This document shows, piece after piece, positions 10,867-19,604 of a stretch of 64,000 bases of DNA. Both the position numbers and the translations under genes were made by a program. Source of the DNA: Gammaproteobacteria bacterium (GTDB lineage: Bacteria > Pseudomonadota > Gammaproteobacteria > Eutrophobiales > Eutrophobiaceae); assembly GCA_030835405.1 (NCBI GenBank), contig JAURPG010000097.1:8479-72478 (forward strand), read 5' to 3'. Numbering within the stretch: position 1 is the first letter of the stretch; every line of letters begins with the position of its first letter. Under the pieces are notes generated by a model. The model searched no databases. It was not told where the DNA came from and saw only the letters and a list, made by a program, of their open reading frames with translations.

Positions 10867-13428
10867 ATGCATCAAATCGCATTAGACCTATTATTACTGC
10901 TCTCTGGAGTATGGATTGTCGCTGTTACCCTGCGTCCCCTGGGCCTGCCCACGGTGATGGGGGAGTTGATTGTAGGTGTACTCCTAGGACCTGCGGTTTT
11001 TGGCCTCATTACCCCCAACGACGCAATACAATTATTGGCGGAACTGGGTATCTTTTTCCTGATGTTCCATGCTGGAATCGAAACCCAGCCGGTCGAGTTT
11101 TATGATTCATTAAAAAAATCATTTGGCGTGGCCGTGGTAGGTGCATTAGGTCCGTTCATTGTCAGTTTTGGTGTTGCCAAGCTATTTGGCCTGGATACCA
11201 CCGGTGCCATCTTTATTGGCCTGACTATGGCCGCGACCGCTGTAGTCATTACCCTGAAAACACTGAAAGATCTTGGGCTGGCAAATACCCGGATAGCGAG
11301 AATATTTCTTGCCAGTTGCGTGATAGACAACCTGATTACGCTGATCTTTTTTGGTCTGGTGATAGGTGTGCTAACGGGAGGGACCTTCGAACCTGTCAGC
11401 ATAATCATTAGCCTGGCTAAGGTGACCGGCTTTTTTGTTGTTGCCATGGTTATGGGCAGGTTCATATATCCCCGTTTAACAATGCCGTTCCGGTCCAAGG
11501 GTGGTAAAGGCTTTACATTTGTGCTGATGGTGGCATTTGGGTTTGGTTTATTTGCTGAGGCCATTGGGTTACATATGATTATCGGTGCCTATCTGGCAGG
11601 CCTGTTCTTTGAAGCAAAAGTTGCTCATCCCAACCTGGTGAGGATTGTTAAAGACCGGACCTATGGGATTGCCTATTCTTTTCTGGGGCCAATATTTTTT
11701 ATTTCCCTTGGATTTTCAATTACCTTTGATATCAGTCTATCAGGATTGGGTTTTATTATCCTGCTGACTATAGCACTCATCATTGGTCAGATTGTCAGTG
11801 CCGGGAGTATGGCATTGCGTATAGGCTTACCGTTTCGGGAGGCATTAACAGTCGGAGTAGGGCTTTGCAGCCGGGCTGAGATGTCATTTATTATTGCGTC
11901 TTTGGCCCTGGCTCAGGGCGCAATCGACCAAACGATTTTTTCATCATTGATCCTGACTGCATTTGTATTGAACATATTTACCCCACTGGGCCTGAAAGGC
12001 TGTGCGGTTTTACTTGCAGGCAAGGCGGCCAGGGACATCAATGCCACCAGTGGTGTCCTGCAACTGGATACCTTTGATGAACCCTTGATTGACGAAAGTA
12101 TAGAGGGTGAATTGCTCAGGTCTTTGCCTGATCTAACTGATACGATAGTCATCTTTGGTCATGGCCCGGAGGTGGATTCCTTTATCGATGAACTGGCGAG
12201 TCGAAATATTTCCTTTGTTATTGTTGTGGATAATGAAGATCAGGGTCGTAAACTATCAGGTAGACACTATCATACGGTCTACGCATCATTATCAGATGAA
12301 CACGATCTGGATCTTTCTCCGGTTGTTGAGGCCAGGGCCATCGTCGCCAATGCCCGGGATGAAGATGATGCAACGCTAGCCATGCGTGCCCGCGAACTGG
12401 GTTTTAACGGGCCGCTAATCGCACTTATCGATAATCCTAACCGCCGGGCACCCATGCAAATGGCTGGAGCAACAACCGCATTTACCCCAAACCATGTCCT
12501 GGCAGCAGTGGCAGCGGTTAGGGCCAGTGACAAGATTGGACCTCGTATTACTGGGGTCCAACCGTTAAAACACCATCTTGAAATTGCTGAGATCCGTATT
12601 CATAACAACAGCCCGTTAAACAACAAGACACCCACCGACCCTATCTGGAAAAATACAGGCGCACATATTGTCGCGCAATGGAAAAACAATGCATTATTAC
12701 CAGGACCTGGCACAGGGGAATACTTCAAGATTGGAATGATACTCGTTGCTGCCGGGACACCAGACAGCATCAGACGTATCAGTGAAATATCCCATCCCAT
12801 TACCAAGCAGGGCCCTATTGTTGTGGTCGGGTATGGTGATGTGGGTAATAAACTGGTGGAGATGTTACAGGCAGCGGGTGAAACAGTCTGTGTTGTAGCC
12901 AGCGAGGAGGTCGATGGAGTCGATGTGGTTGGTGACATACTTGATACTGATGTGTATGACCATGCCGACGTGTTGGATGCAAGGGTTGTGATACTAACTT
13001 GTGAAGATGATAATACCTCGGTACTGGCGTCTACTGTGATTAGGAACTATGCACCGGATGTCCCAATTATTGCCTGTACCCAATTAGAGGAAAGCGTAGG
13101 TCGTAGCCAGCAGGCCGGTGTGGATTTTGCAGTATCCGTCAGCGAGGTGTCTGGTCAGTTACTTGCCCACCATATTCTGGGTGATATGGTTTCACAGCAG
13201 ACGCATGTGAAGTTGGTAAGATTGGCAGCAGGTAATCTTGCAGAATCTCACCCGTCTCAAACTAAAATTCATGACAGGACGTGTTGTACTATCATTGGTA
13301 TTGTGAGAAAAGACACCGTTATTATTGATTTTCCTGAATCATTTAAAATTGAAGAGTCTGATGATATCTATATCTGTGGTCTGACTGGTTCCTTCGACTC
13401 CCTGTATCGGGAGATTGGGATAAATTGA
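10867..13428 (+). CDS. cation:proton antiporter (Na+/H+ exchanger family) fused to two RCK/TrkA-N domains and a TrkA-C domain
   Basis: 853 aa. An N-terminal ~400-aa polytopic Na_H_exchanger-like domain is followed by two Rossmann-like RCK segments ('IVIFGHGPEVDSF', 'IVVVGYGDVGNKL') and a TrkA-C-like tail. Confidence 0.8.
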   Translation: MHQIALDLLLLLSGVWIVAVTLRPLGLPTVMGELIVGVLLGPAVFGLITPNDAIQLLAELGIFFLMFHAGIETQPVEFYDSLKKSFGVAVVGALGPFIVSFGVAKLFGLDTTGAIFIGLTMAATAVVITLKTLKDLGLANTRIARIFLASCVIDNLITLIFFGLVIGVLTGGTFEPVSIIISLAKVTGFFVVAMVMGRFIYPRLTMPFRSKGGKGFTFVLMVAFGFGLFAEAIGLHMIIGAYLAGLFFEAKVAHPNLVRIVKDRTYGIAYSFLGPIFFISLGFSITFDISLSGLGFIILLTIALIIGQIVSAGSMALRIGLPFREALTVGVGLCSRAEMSFIIASLALAQGAIDQTIFSSLILTAFVLNIFTPLGLKGCAVLLAGKAARDINATSGVLQLDTFDEPLIDESIEGELLRSLPDLTDTIVIFGHGPEVDSFIDELASRNISFVIVVDNEDQGRKLSGRHYHTVYASLSDEHDLDLSPVVEARAIVANARDEDDATLAMRARELGFNGPLIALIDNPNRRAPMQMAGATTAFTPNHVLAAVAAVRASDKIGPRITGVQPLKHHLEIAEIRIHNNSPLNNKTPTDPIWKNTGAHIVAQWKNNALLPGPGTGEYFKIGMILVAAGTPDSIRRISEISHPITKQGPIVVVGYGDVGNKLVEMLQAAGETVCVVASEEVDGVDVVGDILDTDVYDHADVLDARVVILTCEDDNTSVLASTVIRNYAPDVPIIACTQLEESVGRSQQAGVDFAVSVSEVSGQLLAHHILGDMVSQQTHVKLVRLAAGNLAESHPSQTKIHDRTCCTIIGIVRKDTVIIDFPESFKIEESDDIYICGLTGSFDSLYREIGIN

Positions 13429-13433
13429 GATCC

Positions 13434-14096
13434 TTAAAGTTTGAGGACTTTAATTAACCAGTCAGAAATATCCGCTATCTCTTCAGCGCTGACGCTATGT
13501 TGAATAGGATAGGTCAGGTATTCAGGGTGATACCCCAGGTATTCAATCGCTTCAACTGCTTTTTTTCCCAGGGGCTCCGGCACCACCATATCATGTGTAC
13601 CATGGCAGATAATTATAGGTAACGACTGGTTTGCCTGATGGGGCTTGATGGTTTCAGAGGTGGCAAGATAGGTAGACAGTGCCATTAATCCTGCCAGTGG
13701 CTCAGGGTAGGTCAGGGCCACCTGGTAGGCAACTGCACCACCTTGTGAGAAACCGGCAATGACGATGCGTTCTGATTTTACTCCGCGCTCAATTTCACGT
13801 TGAATAAGTTTATTAATCTCAACAGATGATTTCATAATTTGATCATGATCAATGTGCCTGTCCATTGTCATGTCGATAATGTCGTACCAGGCGGGCATGA
13901 CCATGCCGCCATTAATTGTGACAGGAATAGAGGGTGCATGTGGAAATACAAATCGGACACCGGCTGAGGCTGGGAGCCTCAGCTCTGGCACAATCGGTTC
14001 AAAATCATGACCGTCCGCCCCAAGGCCGTGTAACCAGATGACACTGGAATCGATATGGTGAGATGTTTCAACTTCTACTGCGGGTAAATATTCCAT
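13434..14096 (-). CDS. carboxylesterase/phospholipase-type alpha/beta hydrolase
   Basis: 220 aa with the nucleophile elbow 'GFSQGGA' and the catalytic His region 'HGTHDMVVP', in a length typical of the Abhydrolase_2 family. Confidence 0.75.
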   Translation of the reverse strand: MEYLPAVEVETSHHIDSSVIWLHGLGADGHDFEPIVPELRLPASAGVRFVFPHAPSIPVTINGGMVMPAWYDIIDMTMDRHIDHDQIMKSSVEINKLIQREIERGVKSERIVIAGFSQGGAVAYQVALTYPEPLAGLMALSTYLATSETIKPHQANQSLPIIICHGTHDMVVPEPLGKKAVEAIEYLGYHPEYLTYPIQHSVSAEEIADISDWLIKVLKL

Positions 14097-14152
14097 TTGT
14101 AAACAAGTTCCTGGTATTTTAATGGTTAATCAATGCTACACTTTTAATTATC

Positions 14153-14890
14153 ATGAATGAAAACGCACAGGATATCAGACAAAGCCCCGTGACGGTATTT
14201 CGGACCCTGGGATTGACCAAGACCTATGAGATGGGAGATGTAAAGGTCCATGCCTTGCGCAGAGTTGATTCTGAATTATATTCAGGTGAACTGGTAGTGT
14301 TATTGGGTGCTTCCGGGAGTGGTAAGTCTACCTATATGAACATCCTGGGAGGTCTGGATAGACCGACCACGGGTGAGGTGTATTATGAAGAACATGATCT
14401 CACCAATGCTACAGAATCTGAACTAACAGAGTATCGAAGAGAGCATGTGGGATTTGTGTTCCAGTTTTACAACCTGATTCCCAGTCTAACAGCCCTGGAA
14501 AATGTCTCAATCGTCACTGAGATTTCAGAAGATCCCCTGGATCCCAAAGATGCCCTGGGGTTAGTCAATCTGACACAACGCATGGATCACTTTCCTTCAG
14601 AATTGTCAGGTGGTGAACAACAGCGGGTAGCAATTGCCCGGGCCATCGCCAAGAATCCTACTGTTTTATTGTGTGATGAACCCACCGGTGCACTGGACTC
14701 TGAAACCGGAAGCCTGGTGTTGTCCGCCATAGAACAAATCAATAGAGAACTAAATACAACGACAGCGGTTATCACCCACAATATTGCCATTAGTAGAATG
14801 GCAGATCGAATCATTCATCTGGCCGATGGGGTAATAACAGATGTAGAGGTGAATACGAATAAAGTTCACGTAAAAGACATTAAATGGTGA
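14153..14890 (+). CDS. ABC transporter ATP-binding protein (MacB/LolD/YbbA-type)
   Basis: Walker A 'GASGSGKST', ABC signature '[14 protein letters not shown]' and Walker B '[11 protein letters not shown]'. It is separated from the FtsX-type permease gene by 4 nt. Confidence 0.9.
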   Translation: MNENAQDIRQSPVTVFRTLGLTKTYEMGDVKVHALRRVDSELYSGELVVLLGASGSGKSTYMNILGGLDRPTTGEVYYEEHDLTNATESELTEYRREHVGFVFQFYNLIPSLTALENVSIVTEISEDPLDPKDALGLVNLTQRMDHFPSELSGGEQQRVAIARAIAKNPTVLLCDEPTGALDSETGSLVLSAIEQINRELNTTTAVITHNIAISRMADRIIHLADGVITDVEVNTNKVHVKDIKW

Positions 14891-14894
14891 GCAT

Positions 14895-17258
14895 TTGAGG
14901 GCTATTAACCGAAAACTTTATCGTGATTTACAGGATACCTGGGGTCAGGCCCTGGCGATCATTCTTGTTATTGCTGCGGGGACATCCACATTTGTTATGT
15001 CTATCTCTACCTATGACACCCTCGTACAAACCCGCGATGCATATTACCGTGATTATCGATTTGAAGACATATTTGCGTCCTTAAACCGCGCACCGGAAAG
15101 TCTGCGGGAGGTTATCGAGTCTATTGAAGGTATTAACAAGGTTGAGACCCGTGTCGTTGCCTCAGCCAAGTTGACCGTGGCAGATTTTCCGGAGCCTGTA
15201 TTGGGGGAGGTTGTATCCATTCCTGATTTTGGTGAGCCGACGGTAAACCGTTTATATCTTTTACAGGGAAGGTATCCAGACCCGGTCAGGGATGATGAAG
15301 TCATATTAAACCAGGTGTTTGCTAATGCCCATAATCTTGTTCCCGGTGACAGCTTTGAAATGATTATCAAGGGTCGACTTGAAACTATGCGGGTAGTAGG
15401 AATTGCCCTGTCACCAGAATATATCTATCAGGTTGCGCCCGGGGCGATCATGCCGGATTTTAAACGTTTTGGTGTTATATGGATGTCCCGAGATGCAGTA
15501 GGTAAGGCATTTGATATGGATAATGCTTTCAATAATGTGGTAATGACCTTACAACCCGGCGTAAACCCCAAAGACATAATTGAAAGGCTGGATTTACTTC
15601 TGGAACCCTATGGTGGTCGTGATGCACAGGAGCGGGAATGGCAGGTTTCTCATCGTATATTTAAAAGTGACATTGACCAGTTAGAACAGATGGCCGGCAT
15701 GTTCTCCAGCATTTTCCTGGGGGTTGCCGCATTTCTTCTCAATATTGTCGTGTCCCGGTTAATCAATACGCAACGGGAGATTATCGCGGCACTGAAGGCG
15801 TTCGGGTATAGCAATATCGATATCGGGTTACATTATCTTGGTTATGTAGGAGTTATTATTACCATCGGCTTATTATTGGGGATTGCCGGTGGTATTTGGC
15901 TGGGCATAGCCTTAAGTAATCTATATATGGAATTTTACAGGTTACCCTATATGGAATTTGAGTTTCGCCTGAGTATTATTACTATTGCCGTAATGATCAC
16001 CTTTCTGGCAGCTTCAGTGGGGACCTTGTTTGCAGTCAATCGCGCCGTCAAGTTACCACCTGCCCAGGCAATGAAACCAGAACCACCTGCAAAATTCAGA
16101 AAGACCCTGATTGAAAAGCTCAAGGTTTTTAGCCTCTTGCCTCAGATGGCCAGAATGGTAATACGCCACCTTTCAAGAAAACCGGTTAAGGCCAGTTTGT
16201 CAATTGCAGGCATTGCACTGGCCTGTTCCATTCTTGTGGTCGGTTCCTTCTTCCGTGATGCCCTGGAGTTTCTCATAGACATTGAATTTGGTCTGGCACA
16301 ACGGGAAGACATGACCATAGTTTTTACTGAGCCCAGTTCAAGGAATGCTTATTATAATATATTGAATCTTGAGGGAGTCGATTATGGAGAAGTATATCGC
16401 TCCGTACCGGTTCGTCTGGTCAATGGTCATAGGACATATCTCACGGGTATCAATGGTTATCAAGAACAAAGAGACCTGCATCGACCTCTTGATACCAACC
16501 ATGAACCAATTGATATTCCAACACAGGGTATATTACTGACAGATTACCTGGGGGAATTACTGGATGTAGAAGTTGGCGATATAGTAAATGTGGAAGTTCT
16601 TGAGGGCAGGCGACCGGTTGATCAGCTGAGGGTAGCCGGGCTGGTTAACCAGTATTTTGGTATCGGCGCCTATATGGATATCAATAGTTTGAATCGTATG
16701 ATGCGGGAAGATGATGTAATCTCCGGAGTTTATCTGAAGATAGATCCAGCTTATGAACAACAGATCTATCATCAGCTGAAAGATATGCCCAGGGTAGCTA
16801 ATTTTGAAACAAACCGTCATATCGTTCAGGCATTTAATGATACCTCCGCAGAAATGGTCTATATCTTTGTTGGGTTTATTTTTGGTCTTGCAGTAATTAT
16901 TACTTTTGGTGTGGTATATAACACTGCACGTATTGCGCTGTCAGAACGTGGCCGGGATATGGCAAGCCTCAGGGTACTCGGATTTACCCGTGGAGAGATA
17001 TCTTATATCCTGCTGGGGGAATTGGTAGTATTAACCTTGATTGCTATACCTGTAGGGATGATCATTGGCAGGTTACTTTCCTGGTATATGATCCAGGAGA
17101 TCCCTAAAGAGATCTTCCGAGTGCCTTTAATTATCGAAAATTCAACCTACGCGATTTCAGCAACTGTTGTCATTATTGCATCAATATTGTCCGGTCTGGT
17201 GGTGAGAAACCGGCTCGATCATCTGGATTTGATTGGTGTATTAAAGACAAGGGAGTAA
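14895..17258 (+). CDS. ABC transporter permease with two FtsX/MacB-like domains (YbbP-like)
   Basis: 787 aa. Each half has one TM helix, a large periplasmic domain and three further TM helices, the duplicated FtsX topology. Confidence 0.85.
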   Translation: MRAINRKLYRDLQDTWGQALAIILVIAAGTSTFVMSISTYDTLVQTRDAYYRDYRFEDIFASLNRAPESLREVIESIEGINKVETRVVASAKLTVADFPEPVLGEVVSIPDFGEPTVNRLYLLQGRYPDPVRDDEVILNQVFANAHNLVPGDSFEMIIKGRLETMRVVGIALSPEYIYQVAPGAIMPDFKRFGVIWMSRDAVGKAFDMDNAFNNVVMTLQPGVNPKDIIERLDLLLEPYGGRDAQEREWQVSHRIFKSDIDQLEQMAGMFSSIFLGVAAFLLNIVVSRLINTQREIIAALKAFGYSNIDIGLHYLGYVGVIITIGLLLGIAGGIWLGIALSNLYMEFYRLPYMEFEFRLSIITIAVMITFLAASVGTLFAVNRAVKLPPAQAMKPEPPAKFRKTLIEKLKVFSLLPQMARMVIRHLSRKPVKASLSIAGIALACSILVVGSFFRDALEFLIDIEFGLAQREDMTIVFTEPSSRNAYYNILNLEGVDYGEVYRSVPVRLVNGHRTYLTGINGYQEQRDLHRPLDTNHEPIDIPTQGILLTDYLGELLDVEVGDIVNVEVLEGRRPVDQLRVAGLVNQYFGIGAYMDINSLNRMMREDDVISGVYLKIDPAYEQQIYHQLKDMPRVANFETNRHIVQAFNDTSAEMVYIFVGFIFGLAVIITFGVVYNTARIALSERGRDMASLRVLGFTRGEISYILLGELVVLTLIAIPVGMIIGRLLSWYMIQEIPKEIFRVPLIIENSTYAISATVVIIASILSGLVVRNRLDHLDLIGVLKTRE

Positions 17259-17260
17259 TC

Positions 17261-18457
17261 ATGTACTTAATTAAAAAGCATCCTGTTTTGGTTTTTTCCA
17301 GCCTGGTGATAATTATCATCATTGGAATTGGTTTCATACCACGGCCGGTCCTGGTAGATACGGTAGTTGTCAGCCGTGATTCATTGGTTGTTACCATTGA
17401 AGAGGAAGGTAAGACCCGAATTATTGATCATTATGTTCTGTCAGCACCGGTGGATGGCTATGCCCGTCGAATTGATTTGGATGTTGGCGACCCGGTAAAT
17501 ATGGGACAGGAGATCGTCAGTCTTGAACCATTGCGTTCCAATGTGCTGGATCCCAGAAGTCGGGCCGAGGCCGAGGCCAAGGTTTCAGCTTCAGTAGCGG
17601 CATTAAATGCTGCAGAGCGAGATGTCCGTGCTGCTGAGGCGGATGCACAATATGCTACAGAGGAAGCCGAAAGGCTAAAACGACTATTTGATACCGGTGC
17701 TATTCCATTGGATCGCCTGCAGCAAAGTGAGGCAGCAGCAAGACGGACAACGGCAAGACTGGAATCGGCCAGGTACTCGGTACAGATCGCAGAATATGAA
17801 AAAATTTCTGCAGAAGCTGTACTAAAATATTCTACCGGTGAATCTGCAGAGGAAAATCTCGAGACAGTTTATATCAAGGCACCGGTGAGTGGGCAGGTAT
17901 TGAAAATCCATCATGAGAGTGAAGGAGTTGTCTATAAAGGTGAAACTCTAATTGATATTGGTGATCCACTGTCTCTGGAGGTAGTTGTAGAAGTCCTGTC
18001 ACGCGACGCGGTGAGGATTAGTCCCGGGACCAAAGTCATGTTATCACGTTGGGGTGGTGAGGAAATTCTGGACGGGGTTGTACGAACAGTAGAACCTGTG
18101 GGATTTACCAAAATTTCGGCATTAGGGGTTGAGGAACAGCGGGTATTTGTCATTGTTGATATCACTACACCGAAAGACAGATGGATGCGGTTGGGAGATA
18201 GTTATCGAATTGAGACTGCATTTGTACTTTGGGAAGAAGAAAATGTTTTGCAGGTACCATCAAGTGCACTGTTTAGGATCAATGATGATTGGGCCTTATA
18301 TGCCATGGTGGACGAAGTTGCTGAACTGAGGATGGTAGAAACCGGGAAAAAGAGTGGCTTAATGACCCAGGTATTATCGGGGATTGATGAGGGAGACGTT
18401 ATCATTAACCATCCAGGGGATAATCTGGATGAGGGTAGTCGGGTCCGCTCCAGGTAA
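17261..18457 (+). CDS. HlyD-family periplasmic adaptor (membrane fusion protein)
   Basis: 398 aa with an N-terminal TM anchor, a coiled-coil region rich in A/E/R, and a beta-barrel/lipoyl region 'VYIKAPVSGQVLKI'. It is separated from the permease gene by 2 nt. Confidence 0.8.
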   Translation: MYLIKKHPVLVFSSLVIIIIIGIGFIPRPVLVDTVVVSRDSLVVTIEEEGKTRIIDHYVLSAPVDGYARRIDLDVGDPVNMGQEIVSLEPLRSNVLDPRSRAEAEAKVSASVAALNAAERDVRAAEADAQYATEEAERLKRLFDTGAIPLDRLQQSEAAARRTTARLESARYSVQIAEYEKISAEAVLKYSTGESAEENLETVYIKAPVSGQVLKIHHESEGVVYKGETLIDIGDPLSLEVVVEVLSRDAVRISPGTKVMLSRWGGEEILDGVVRTVEPVGFTKISALGVEEQRVFVIVDITTPKDRWMRLGDSYRIETAFVLWEEENVLQVPSSALFRINDDWALYAMVDEVAELRMVETGKKSGLMTQVLSGIDEGDVIINHPGDNLDEGSRVRSR

Positions 18458-18508
18458 AAGGCTGTATAAATCACTGTTCGGGATAGACACTATTTAGCGT
18501 ATGATGCA

Positions 18509-19288
18509 GTGAGTATGGGAAAGATATCTCAATTCGTAAGATCTCATCTACGTTTAATCACCGTATTTTTGTTCCTGTCCTTTTTAGCCATTACAGCCTA
18601 CTCTCAGGGTTACCGGGGCAGTAGTTATGGCAGATATATTATTCCCCAGCATGCACCACCAAAAACGGAACTGGTGGTTGCCCGTTGGCGTTTTGGTACA
18701 AATGGCTGGTTTGGACATCGTGGCTGGTCCCATAATTATCCGGAGTCAGACCAGAATCTGAATGAATTTATTCACCGTACTACAGGTATAAATGTCGATG
18801 TCATGTCTTACCAGATTGTAGATCTCGCCAGTGATGAGATTTTTGAATACCCATTTGCTTATGTATCAGAGCCGGGAGAAATGGAATTGACCCTGCAAGA
18901 AGTCAGAAATTTGCATGAATATGTCGCCAGGGGAGGTTTCATACTAATGGATGATTTTGATGGTCCTGCGCAGATAGGTAATATGAAAAATCATGTACGC
19001 AGGGCATTCTCTGACAGAAATTTTATTGCACTGGATACTTCACACCCGCTGTTCAAGGTACATTTCAACCTTGAAGATTTAAACGGCATGGCACCATATG
19101 TGCCCGGGGGAGACATCAGTTATCATGGTATCTTAAATAACGAAGGCAACGTTGGCATTGCAGCTGGGTTTAATAATGACCTGGCCAATTTCTGGGAGTG
19201 GTATTATCAGGGATGGATGCCATTAAAACCCTCAACTGATGCATTTCGGTTGGGGGTAAATGCTGTAGTGTATTCCATGACCCACTAG
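18509..19288 (+). CDS. DUF4159-like exported protein
   Basis: 259 aa with a signal peptide. 'VRNLHEYVARGGFILMDDFDG' and 'DTSHPLF' resemble the conserved DUF4159 blocks as I recall them. Confidence 0.5.
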   Translation: MSMGKISQFVRSHLRLITVFLFLSFLAITAYSQGYRGSSYGRYIIPQHAPPKTELVVARWRFGTNGWFGHRGWSHNYPESDQNLNEFIHRTTGINVDVMSYQIVDLASDEIFEYPFAYVSEPGEMELTLQEVRNLHEYVARGGFILMDDFDGPAQIGNMKNHVRRAFSDRNFIALDTSHPLFKVHFNLEDLNGMAPYVPGGDISYHGILNNEGNVGIAAGFNNDLANFWEWYYQGWMPLKPSTDAFRLGVNAVVYSMTH

Positions 19289-19604
19289 AACCAATATCAA
19301 AATTGATATTTCAGCTTTCTGCTTCATTATCGCCTTTTGTCCTGGCACATAACCCAGTACACCTCAATTAATATGACTTAATTATAAATATTGTAAGGAG
19401 TTCCAGGTGTAACTTTAAGTGTAATTTAATATAATACCGCTCTGATATGGATGTAAACTACTGACCGGATGTATACTATAATTTCCTACCCGCGTTAGAT
19501 AATGCATTATTAATAAGAAATCCATTTGCATCTGGTTGGTATGATTTAAAAATGTGTTCGCAAAACATTAAATAACACCACCAGAACCAGCCCGGGAGAA
19601 TCAG

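Noticed and set aside
11100-11564. 154-aa antisense ORF inside the cation:proton antiporter gene
   Set aside because: It is embedded entirely within a well-supported CDS on the other strand. It has Pro/Thr-rich low-complexity composition, no ribosome-binding site and no family resemblance.
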